Assembly (NCBI GenBank): GCA_051362555.1
Contig: CM120640.1
Coordinates: 28,792,503 to 28,856,502 of the forward strand
From: Lingula anatina
Taxonomy: Eukaryota; Animalia; Brachiopoda
DNA length: 64,000 nucleotides
Direction: 5' to 3'
In this document: positions 50,759 through 63,000 of the stretch, piece after piece
Layout: the number at the start of each line of letters is the position of its first letter
Numbering within the stretch: position 1 is the first letter of the stretch
The notes under the pieces: model-generated
Databases searched by the model: none
What the model saw: the letters and a program-made list of their open reading frames with translations, nothing else
What the model was told of the DNA's origin: nothing
Translations under genes and position numbers: made by a program

Positions 50759-53700
50759 AACACACATTTTATTCCTAAGAATTAATACACCGAAATGCCT
50801 GCTCGTAAGTTTATCAATTTAGACGCAGTATTTTTGGACATTATGGGCGTTAAAAGTGCCTCTTACTTGTTAAGTAGTTATTTTCAAAACATAACGTGAT
50901 GGGGGCTTAGAATATAAAACAACAGGGAACCTTTTTAGTTACCTTATTAATCCAGAGCAGAAACGTTTGACATGTAATGTACAGCATGTAACATCTGTGT
51001 ACATGTAACATGTCTCAGTACTTGATTTGCGAGCCCAAACACTTCAAAACTGTTCAGTCCCTCTTATCAGGTGTATGCATTCACCTAAACAGTTGACAAG
51101 AAATGTACCCTCAGATTACGCTCAACCACTTGCCCCATGTTTTAAGATAATCCGATGTTGATACAACCTGCTCCGAACATGTATCTGATTTTATAATATC
51201 ATATCACGACCCTGGCGCGACACCGAGCACCTGTTTTGACTGCTATCGGGAATTTTGGGAGTCTCACTGACATGTGCAAGGTCGTGTTGACTTTCGCTTT
51301 GCTCTAATATCACTGTGTATTTGTGCTTTAATTCTCTGAAGCGAATGGTTTTTTTTTTTTTTTTTTGATTTCAATAGAGTCAGCGATGTTTTCCGAAATG
51401 ATTTAGCGCTAATTTTTTAAAACAAACTGACGCCTTTTTGCAGTTGGCGAACCTACACGCACGAAAGGATAGACATTGCTTAAGACTGGTTCTATGAACT
51501 ATTTTTAAATCCCTTTTTTCTTATGTAGAAGTGGATTGCTGGCATCGTCTTATGAATTTTAAATGGCGCGTTTTTCATTATTAACTCTTTTGCTGTTCTT
51601 TTCCATTTCTACCCACATTTATCAATGTGTCTAACTTTCTTTTAACTACTCTATCTGTCTTTTTTTACCTGTCAGTTCTTACATTTCTTATGCCTCAATC
51701 TATTTAATGTAATGCGACTGTTTATTTATCTTAGATTAACGCGATTGCTTAGACTTCTTCACTGCCTACTTTTCTCATTATTTCTTTTCTTTCTATATAA
51801 AAAGAGGCCATGCCGTATTTGGGATTTCAAAGTTGTGTTGTAAAACATCTTGGCAAGCTTTCATTACGTAGGTTGTTTATTTCCAATCAAACAACGATCA
51901 AATAAGCACAAATCGTTAATTCTAAAGCAGTTTGTTTTAGCACAACTACCTTTGTCCGTAAGATATTTCTTGGTATGTTAAAATTCAGCTGTAGGTTCTC
52001 ATACCGTTGTGTATAAAAGAGAAAAGTATTTAATTTATTTATCAACTCCCACAAAGTTACGATCTTTTGTTACCTCATACGTGGTTCTCCACTTGCCTGC
52101 TTAAACAGTTTTCTTTTGAAAGATGTACCGTGGAACATTAATCCAAACACAATAGTCGTTTTATTAAATTTCCATCAATCCATTAAGCAATTTGTATCAA
52201 CGAACTCGTGTGGCAGTTTCTTTTCCTAGTCGAAACTATTTGGTAGTTTTCAAAGTGACGGCCGCAGGGGACTGTAAACCGTGGAATTGTCTTAAGCTGA
52301 ATCTATTATCACGCTGATCCTAAAATTTGGTCAAAACTAAAGATCAAAGACCACAAGAGGAAATTGAATTTCAACTCCTAGCTGCGCTGGTTTAAATCAT
52401 TATTACATTTTATGCGTACGTTAGACACGCTTTTTTTAATCTCTCTTATATTTCAAATCGTTCTCCTTGGCAGGGAAGAAAAAACAAGTGAAAGTTGGTA
52501 TCATATCATACATCAGTATGTAAGTTCGAAAGAAAAAAAAGATAAAAAATAAGGACTACGATGCCCAGAAGCATAATCTGAACTGTCCAAGCCCTAGAAA
52601 ATGGTTTGGTGACATCGATAATAACAGTCAAGTTGATAAATTGTACTACTGAGAACAGGTTTTAAAGGGAATTAAAATATGAAAACACCAAAATATCAAA
52701 TTTAATGCCTGGTGTCCGCTTTGGTTATGTAGAAAGGTATGAATGGTCCCTCCACGCTAGCCAAACGTTCTGGGAGGCCAGTCGATGCTCGTTAAGCGAA
52801 ACAAAAACCAGACTCTCAAAGGAATAAAAGGGCAAAGGTAAGCCTTAGGGGATTCAGGGGCGATTTTGTGCCACCACCATGCAGACTTTGGTTTTCGACA
52901 CCACAAAAAGGTAAATGTTGGAAATGCCAGGTGCCCGTTAAGGGTTCTTTCTTCCTGGAGGCGTCCTTCAACAAAACACCTTAACACTTTCCAGTTACAC
53001 TTCACCTCGAAAGTTTACAGGCGTTTTTTTTTTTTTTTTTTTTGTTGTTGTTGTTATTAGTTCAGCATATTATTTATTTTGTCAAATTAAATTCTTATGT
53101 GGCACTGGAATTCGCACTTCATAAACCATTTACAGCAAATCTACATTTTGATATGTTCCTGTACTCGGAGCCATTTTTCTGTGTAATTGAAAGAGTGTTT
53201 ATGTACTTTTCCTCAAGTTGATACATGAGCTGCGCAATAAAGAAAAACACTGAGACAATATCCCTTGTTTTGATTAAAAAAGACGAGTAGTTAAAGGGTG
53301 AAATTGTGGAAATAAACCGAATGAGACCGGCATGCTAATACTGTTGTTTCATCATCTATCTCAACAGCATCTTGAATACAGGCCTGGATAGCTGAGGGCT
53401 ACTTTAACGTACGACTAAAATGTTTCAAACAGGGAAGTGCAGTTTTTTTTCTGTCCCGGTCGGTAAATCTCGCGAGTTTGTTCGGCTTCTGATTGAAAGT
53501 TGTCATCGTCTGAACAGACCAAGTGGATATTCGGAAGACTGACGCAGTTGTCAATATTTTTTTACCGAAACATATATAAATAGTGTTTCTGTACCCTACT
53601 TGTTTGCAAATTGAGCTCTCGCGACCTTTTAAGTGGGATACCGAACCGAGAAACTGTGGCAATACTAAATAATGAGTTTGGCAGCGTTGCACTTAAATGT

Positions 53701-54041
53701 TCTCTTAAAAGCCACGCGGAAAAGGAGAAATTCAAACTATTATGTATTGTTTTCTTTTTAACCCTCGCGGCGCAGTTTTATAAGATAACTGGCGTCCGAC
53801 ATGAGGTTCAAATCTCTTCCTGTCAGTTTTATTGTTCCATGGTCTATCATCAGTTTTTGTATGGACACATTATCGTCTGCTGTCGTCATTGTAGTCGGTA
53901 TTGACAGCATGCAATGATGGCGTTTTCAGCGATATTGAGTTGACTTATTGAACTGTAATTGGTATTTCGCCAGGATTGAACGTACCTCGACGTGAAAAAG
54001 TTCCAAAACAGGTACTGCTCATGGTGCCATAAGTAAACTGC

Positions 54042-54088
<47 letters not shown>

Positions 54089-57000
54089 ACCGCTGTCTCT
54101 GTAGTCTTTATGCTAATGTTGAAAGTGTTTCAAACGAACTAGGGTTTGTATTTTCGAAATGTCAGGTCGTATAATATATGCATATATTCATCGCCACGAA
54201 AATGATAAATACATTCGTATATACTTCACTTGTCATTAGAAACAGAATCGAACGTATTATTTATTGAACAAATCTACAATACGTTGTAGCGCCTGTGTGC
54301 AGGCTCCCATTGGTCAGGTTGGTCGGGATGGAGCGGATGTTCCAGAACGTGCGACGGTGGGGCATCGTACCAACTTAGACGCTGCACAGATTGGAGCTGC
54401 CAAGGGGCTTCGATACGCTACAAAACTTGCAATTCTAAGGTGAGATTGTTGCTTCAAAAATATCAAAAATTTCCATTTATTGGCCTTTCATGAATGCTTT
54501 CACTCATTTTGCCCTCCTGCAACGCCTAAGCAAGGCACTATTCGGTCTAACTTAGAGTTTGGCAGATGCTGACTTTGAACTTCCTCCGACACGGAGCATA
54601 CAAATGTATCATTGTTGCCATGTCCTTACTTTTTGCTTTTAAATCATTTCAGCCATGCCCAGATTCGACAGTTGACTTTCGCGGCCAGCAGTGCGCAGCG
54701 TATAATGACGTACCTTACTACAACCAGCTCTACCAATGGGAAGCGTACCACGAGCCGCGTGACCCATGCTCTCTCCGGTGTAAACCTAAGGGTCATGATT
54801 TTGGTGTTATGTTGGCCCCGAAGGTTTTAGATGGCACACGATGCAACCCGACTTCACTTGACATGTGCATAAATGGAGAATGCAGGGTGAGTATATTGCT
54901 CTTAACTGAACTGAAACCTAAATGTATTTTTATATTGATTTAAACGCTCCGAAGATCACAGGAGTCCGAATTTAGTACGAAAGATGACGAAGAAAATATT
55001 AATCGTAAATTAAAAATAAAAAATCTTGTGATGTCTTTTCGGTTTCACAAGAGCTCTGTCAATCTATTTATAGTAACCTTTTAGGCTAGTACTGATGTAG
55101 GCTATATTTTAACTAGATTAGTCTTGGGAGAAAGAAAGAGAACATTACATCGCACACAGAGGATTTTAATAGCCTTAATTGCCAAAAGAGCATTAGTCGG
55201 AACTCCTTGGTCGGAACAACACAAATTTCAAAATAAGAAACTCACTTTGATTTTGAATGGATGAAATCGGTCCAAAAAAGGGTAGAAATCTGCATATAAA
55301 TCTGCATAAATCTGCATATAAATCATTTCCATATTTCCATTTCTCCTTCAATTACTTGGAATACCCTACGTGTGGTGTTACTTTCAGACTGTTGGCTGCG
55401 ATCATGTTCTGGATTCTAAGACAGTGGTGGATGCGTGTGGCGTTTGTGGCGGAGACAGCTCAACTTGTCAACAGACACGACAGACGACACGTTTCCACTG
55501 GCGGGAAGCCGACTATTCAGAGTGCTCAGTAACCTGTGGTGTAGGTAACTTGATTACCACCTGCTTTTAAACTCATATTACAGGAAATCTCACAAAAGCT
55601 GTCGGTTCGCAGTCGCATGGGGCGTGAGAGAAAAGAGCATCGGTATTAAGGTGAAAGAAATAAGTCGAAAACATAATAGTCTGAGATATTTATTACGCCT
55701 TAATCATTAACGTATAGTGTCACTGTATCTTTTCGGTAATGTAAATTTGTTGTCCTGCAGTGTATGCTTCCTCTTATATGTGTTAAGATGAACATTAAGA
55801 GCACTTGCTTTGCGTGGTTAGTATGCTTTGCGGTGGCCACAATAGTCGTCATATCTGAATAGAAAGAAATAAAGAAAATCGGAAAATAATGATCGTCGTG
55901 ATGACCATGTCAAATGCCTTTCAGGTTACAGGGTAACCTCCACCGTCTGTGTGGACACATGGCGGAATCAGATCATCCACAGTGGATACTGCGAGCTGAA
56001 AAACAAACCCAAACTTAGAACGCAGATTTGTCAAGCTCCATCTAGTTGCATCCCTGTGTACGTCATTTTTCACATCATGATGAAATTTTCCAGATATTCC
56101 AATAAGGAAAGTGAATGCATTATTTTAAAAATTATTGAGAAAGAATCGCTAGTTTATTTTCGAGGGGTGTTCAATTCTGTGCCTGCCAAGCACCAGTCGT
56201 TTTTATCTTGAATTTTTTGCGTAGTTTCATTTACGTGCGGTTGTTTAAGTGTTTGTTTGCATACTTTTTTTAAGAAGAGAATTGAATTTTTGTTAGAAAA
56301 ACATTTACTTTTAACTTAAAGATGGAAAACAGAAGATTGGCAGGCGTGCAGCAAGTCGTGTGGCGGAGGAACGGCGGTGAGAAAGGTCTACTGCGTGCGC
56401 GAATTAGAAAATGGGAAGTTTGACCGTACAGCGGACAAAATGTGCACAGGAAGCAAACCTGCCAACAAACAAAGCTGCAATGTCCAGGAGTGTCCGCGTT
56501 GGTATGCTGGACCATGGTCACTGGTTTGTTACTTTTTGTATCATACTTTTTTGGCTGAGCTATAGCAATATGAACATGGGACAGTAATTCTCGGTCAAAA
56601 TATAATAAAACCATGCATTTTACAGAAATATTGCCCTCGTTTACTATTTCAAATTCTTTTGTACTTGCGCCCCCTCCTATCCCACCCCTAGAAAATCCCT
56701 GGATTCGTGAGTGTAACTAATCAAATCGAAGTGTGTCTTTTTGGGATGGGGTTGACACCGTGCATTTTAATAACTTTAGTTTTTTTTATGTACAGACACA
56801 GATGTGTCTGTACATATTGCCATCACCTGCGTCTGTCGTCGCCGTCGCCGATGGCGATGCCGATGCCGATGCCGTCGCCGTGCACTTTCCTTGTAAACAC
56901 GATAAGTGGAAGGCAGTTTTACTTTTTGGCTTTATATTTACAGAGCTGATGAATATTCATAAAACGCAGGTCAAGTTCGAAAATCAGCATGATCGGGCCA

Positions 57001-60000
57001 TTATTATAGAAGTTATGCTGTTTTTTCACTTTTCAGCATATATGCAACCTTGTAAACACATTTTAAGGAAAACCGTTAGGCCTGTTGTCATGACACTCAC
57101 AGGAATAATCAATCTTACTAAAACGCAGGTCAAGTTCGAAAATCAGCATGATCGGGCCACTATTTTAGTAGTTATGCGTTTTTTTCATTGTTCAGCATAT
57201 ATGCAACACTGTAAACACAATATAAGAAAAACAGTAAGCCCAATTGTCATTAAACTCACAGGAATGGTCAGTCTTACTAGAACGCAGGTTGAGTTCGAAA
57301 ATCAGCATAATCGGGGCATTATTTTAGAAGTTATGCTGTTTTTTCACATTTCCTCAGATTTCCTCAGATTTAATTCTTAGGCATGTTAATACTAATAGCC
57401 TTATTATTTAAGTAATAAGATACGTAAAAGTGTTTGTTTGACATTTCCTGCATCTTTACAACATTGTTAGTTGATTATGTAAAAATGATGGTAAACTTGT
57501 TATCGTGTATTGTGTAATAAAGTGTCAAAAATGGAAATAAACTCATATCATTGCAGTTTGTCAGATTCAATCATTCACTATGTTCAGAATCTCAGAATCT
57601 AAGAAATTGGACATTTTTAAATGTTAAAACACTGTTCTATTGATATTTTTCACATCTCATCAATTTTCTTAGTTGATCTTATAAAAATGGCAGTAACCTA
57701 TTAATTTTGTTTTATGTTAAAAAAGTGTTAAAAATGGAAATAAACCCATTTCAGAACAGTGCAGTCTTGTTTACATTTTGGCATTTTGAAGGTGTGACTT
57801 TGAAGTTCCATCGGCCTAAAAACCTTTGTTAGTCACGTTTACTATTTGTCCATGATACTAATATTTTATTATTAAAAATTGATGATCATTATGCTGTTAA
57901 ACATTATGTAATATTGCATCAAAATTTGAAAAAAAACTATTTTGGGCACTGCTCCCATGATGACCATTTAAGAAAAACCATGTCACTTACTGTTCTCAAA
58001 CAGTACAGTTAATATGTACAGATGTGTCTGTACATATTGCCATCACCTGCGTCTGTCGTTGCCGTCACTGTCGCTGTCGCCGGCACCATGCACTTTCATT
58101 GTAAACACGATAAGTGGAAGGCAGTTTTACTTTTTGGCTGTATATTTACAGAGCTGATGAATATTCACAAAATGCAGGTCAAGTTCGAAAATCGGCATGA
58201 TCGGGCCACTATTTTAGTAGTTATGCTTTTTTTTTTCACTTTTCAGCATATATGCAACACTGTAAACACAATATAAGAAAAACAGATAGGCCAATTGTCA
58301 TTAAACTCACAGGAGTGGTCATTCCTGCTAAAACGCAGGTTGAGTTCAAAAATCAGCGTAATCGGGCCATTATTTTAAAGAAATGCAGTTTTTTCACATT
58401 TCCTCAGATTTAATTCTTAGGCATGTAAACAGTTTCATTATTGAACTAATAAGATACGTAAAAGTGTTTGTTTGGCATTTCCTGCAATTTTACAACATTA
58501 TTAGCTGATTATGTAAAAATGATGGTAAACTTGTTATCGTGTATTGTGTAATAAAGTTTCAAAAATGGAAATAAACTCATATCATTGCAGTTTGTCAGAT
58601 TCAATCATTCACTATGTTCAGAATCTCAGAATGGAAGAGATTGGACATTTAACACTGCTCTGTTGATATTTTTCCCATCTCATCAATTTTCTTAGTTTAT
58701 CATATAAAAACGGCAGAAAACTGATAATTTTGTTTTATGTTGATAATTGTTAAAAATGGAAAAAAAAAACATTTCAGAACAGTGCTGTCTCGTTTACATT
58801 TTGGCATTTTCAAGTTGTGACTTTGAAGTTCCATGGGCCTGAAGACCTTTGCTAGTCACATTTTCTGAATATCCATAATACTAATATTTTATTATTAAAG
58901 TTGATGGTCATTATGCTGTTAAACATTATGTAATATTGCATCAAAATTTGAAAAAAAAACTATTTTGGGCACTGCTCCCATGATGACCATTTAAGAAAAA
59001 ACATGTCATTTACTGTTCTCAAACTTACAGGAAAGAAACATGGGACTAAAATACAGCTTCAGTAGGAAATACAGTCTGTTTGATAATTCTTGCTGCTAGT
59101 TAAACAGTTATTTTGTGAAAATTTAATTTTTCACATATTGGCATTTTCAAGGTGTGACTTTGAAGTTCCACGGGCTTGAAGACCCATGCTAGTCACATTT
59201 TCAGAAAATCCATGATACGTATATTTTATTATTAAAATTGAGTTATTATGCTGTTAACCATTATGTAATATTGCATCAGAATAGAAGAAAACACAATTTT
59301 GGGTGCTGCTGCCATGATGACCATTATGGGAAAACCATGTTACTTATGATTGCCAAACTTTCAAAAAAGAAATACGGGACTAAAATGCAGTCTGAGTTGG
59401 AAAAGCAGTCTAAGGAACTTCTTTTTCTGGAAGTTATGCATTTTCAAAGTGTAAACTTGTCACATATTTTAATTACATTGGTATTACCTGTTGAGGATAA
59501 TTAAAATTTGATGTTGAATTTGCAGTTTAACATAATGTATTTTTGCATCAGAATTGACAGTAGCCTATTTTGTGCATAGTTATTTCCTGTTTTTTGTCTG
59601 TACATTTGACAGCTTTGCTGCCTTGTTTTAATTATTTTTTAATTTATTAAAATACTAAAATAAAGCTCTAATGGCAATAATAGTGCAGGCTGTTTTCAAT
59701 GAACAAGAAGTGGAGTTATTATATAGACCGATGCTTAAAATATTTGAGCACTGGTGACTATAATTCGAAAACGGTGACCTGACAAGCACAACTCTGTCTT
59801 TTCCAGTGCTCCGTGACGTGTGGCACTGGGGTCCAGTACCGTGAAGTGATCTGCAAGCAGGTTGATGACCTACACTGCAGTATAGAGGACAAACCCATCA
59901 GTGCCCAGGACTGTGATACACAGACTTCCTGTATTGGGGAAACAGGTACTTTTTTTCTGATGCTTGTTTGTACGGATGCATACAGCCTTTGATCAAGAAA

Positions 60001-63000
60001 CAATATTGTCTGCTCTTGTTTGTTCAACGCTATACATGTAACACATCGGTGCAAATAGTCCTAAGCTATTCAAGTCTTTCGGACCAAGATAACTGCCGGA
60101 AAAAAAGCGTATTATCTTTACTCTTTTACGGTAGCCAACAGGCCACAATGACTGCTTAAAAGCTATTCAGATTATTTCTTTCGAAACTTGTGTTGTAGTT
60201 TTCTATCTGAATTATTTTCTTCCGTTTTTTGTTTGAAAGCTGAGACGAACGACCGATCAGGGCAAGGTAAGGGACTGAACTTGTACGTGTATCTGGCCTT
60301 TAAGTTTTCAATATCGTAGTAGTCTATAATTAAGAAGTAGACAGCTTTGCGCAAGTGAGCCCACTACTAACAAATGCCGACATTGTCCTTAAAAAGCTAT
60401 TTGATGGGAACATGTTATTTCAATGTTTTCTTTTTGTTAGGTACAAGTCTCCCATTGAGTCTAATTTAACAACTTTTTTGTTTACACAAAATTGTATCAC
60501 TAGCTAGTAACAGCGAAGCGGGCTGTGCATTAGGTTTGGTAATGTAACTACGAGCGTCTTCATTCTTACGCCGCCGTCTTCATTTGCCTTCGTATCAGGC
60601 AATCTTTCTCATGAACTTGGCTAAACCTTTCCCGTAAATATATTCTATCTTGGACTGCTCAATTTTGTTCTACGCCTTTCGACCTCCAGTGTGCAGCAGG
60701 AAGTTCTTGGCATATTATTCGACTATATAACAGCACATTGGTTTAGGCAAAACGAAACCTTATCCATATATGCGCACAGTTGGTTTGGTAGTAAATTTTG
60801 AAGTTATGACATGACCTTGGAAGTTAAACGAACTTTTTAGTGTTTCTGTTGTAAACATGTGTTATTGCATGTTCGTTTTATTTTTATGGCCATTAAGTGT
60901 TTTATCTGTTTAAATATTAGCATTACTTTGTCGACTTTTTTCTCGTACATTTCCTTGTGGCGTCTTCCTCATTTATTTCACTGCTTTGGTGGTCATATTT
61001 CACAATTGGTTATTGGCAAAGGGTTAATGCACTAGTGTTGTCTGTGAATCTATTCTCCTTTCCCTTTTCCACATTATCATATACAATAGAGGGAACATGG
61101 AATGTAGACTACTAACATTAACTCCATTTTTTTGTTATTTCAAAGCAGCTAATATTATTATTTCGTTTTGTCCCTACATCTATAGCATGATGGGCGCGGA
61201 GCATGCCGGAGTTACGTTACGAAATTGAGTGGGAAAGATATTGTTCTGTTGCACCAGACAAGCAGTGGGTGTGTTTTTATTTGATTAAGAAAATTATAAC
61301 AGCGCACGCATTTTGTCTAATTCCCGCTCTCGTGATATCAGTGACAGCTTTTTTTTTCTCCCTCAGAAACCGTCGAGGCGTCTTACAGGCTGCCACGAGT
61401 TTTTGATAATAAAAATGCAGTAGAGGAGTTTGACAACTCGGCGGGAGATAGGGTGAATGCTATCAGTGCATCGGCAGACAAAAAAGATACCATGATGGCG
61501 GCGGATAAACCTGCCCCACCGATCCAGGCAGACCAAGCTATTTCTTCAACACCAACGTGAGTAAGCCACTCACTGAATAATGTCCATTATCTTGCTGTCC
61601 AAGAATGTGCATCGTTGATGCCAAGTGCAGTCCAACTAATTGGCTATAGATACAGGGGCGACTTGATGTGACTTTAATTTTGAAAATTGGCTTTTTATTA
61701 TTTTGTATCTTTGGAGTGATTTTATGATATTTCCTTTACTTAATCGGGTTGTCTGGATGGAATTATTTTGCAGGTTTATAGCTACAGAATGGGGGCCATG
61801 TAGCACCACATGTGGCCAGGGGGTGAAGATACGGTTGGTACAATGCAAAGTCTACCTGGCCTTCTCCCGTAGTGTCGTGGATTTACCTGACAGTGAATGC
61901 TCAGGTACATATAGTAGCACTCTTTGGGCGTATTCCCAGACATTTAGATCGATCTATCCCCGTGGGGAGTCTCACTAGATTACTGTCAGATAATCCGGCT
62001 TAAATGTCCGTCCCGCCTACTACAAGCTGTAAGGGGGTAATTAACTTTTGTGCCCGCTCGGCTGACAGCTATTTAGCGTGAACCCCCAGGGAGTTAGGTC
62101 GATCTAGTTTGGATCGATCTAATCTCTGGGAATGGGGTCTTTCTCTCTATTGCAAAGGCACACAGTCACATGTACTCGCGATGTTTAAAAACATTAATAT
62201 ATTTACCGACATTTCAAATATGCTTTTATCATTTAAAGATAAAATTAAAGAATTAACCAAAAGATAAATTTATTCTTGACTTTCTTTTAGAGGCAAAACC
62301 ACATGAAATAGAGCAATGCAGCTACGGCAACTGTTCTGCGCTGATGATTCCGTTTGATAACATCGTTCCTGAGCAAGTTTACTTGTGGAAAAGCCTTAGA
62401 TACACGGCTTGCAGTGCCCAATGTCTAGGTGGTAAGAAATTACTCAAACCAATCTATCAGTTTGATGGGAGGCATTGTTAATATTAGTTAAATAAGTAGC
62501 CAAGGCATATCAAGGTAAAACGGCATAAAGTGTGTATCGCTTAATTTCATGAAGAATGCTGTCACTTGATAATCAACGCAATTTTGAATCATCTGACACG
62601 TGTAATATGCACCCATCGCACATATACTCAGTACTGTACACTGGATCAAGCATAAAAACTGTTAGTTACTTTTGTTACTCAGGGACAAGGTTTTATTGTG
62701 CGCCAGGCCAATTTGCATGATAATGCATGTAGGCCTACATGTTCCATATGTTTGATTCACTTTGATTTCTTTTTGTATGATTCAATTTGAATTTTATGGA
62801 AGTTGACAATAATGGATCTTATACTTAATTCCATGCAGGCTTTCAAGAATCCATAGTAGAGTGCGTCCGAGCATCTGATGATGCTGTAGTTGAAGACAGT
62901 ATGTGTGCTGCGTCTCCAAAATTGTCTTCTGTGACTCGAGTCTGTGGCGATGGACCATGTCCGCCAAGGTACGAAATCACTCATTTTGAAACTACTCGTT

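Noticed and set aside
56961-57330. Regularly spaced repeats that could resemble a CRISPR array
   Set aside because: The intervening sequences are themselves homologous tandem units, the context is a eukaryotic intron, and there are no cas genes.
56733-57380. 215-aa ORF with internal repeats ([13 protein letters not shown])
   Set aside because: It is a translation of the HINE microsatellite and ~160-bp tandem units. The equivalent frame is broken in the second copy (58022-58276).
61186-61268. Possible extra exon or alternative first exon (short MADD-4B-like isoform) of ADAMTSL
   Set aside because: The acceptor at 61185 gives an immediate stop in the incoming phase (GCA TGA), and no signal-peptide exon with a compatible donor was found at 60300-61300. 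It cannot be supported without transcripts.
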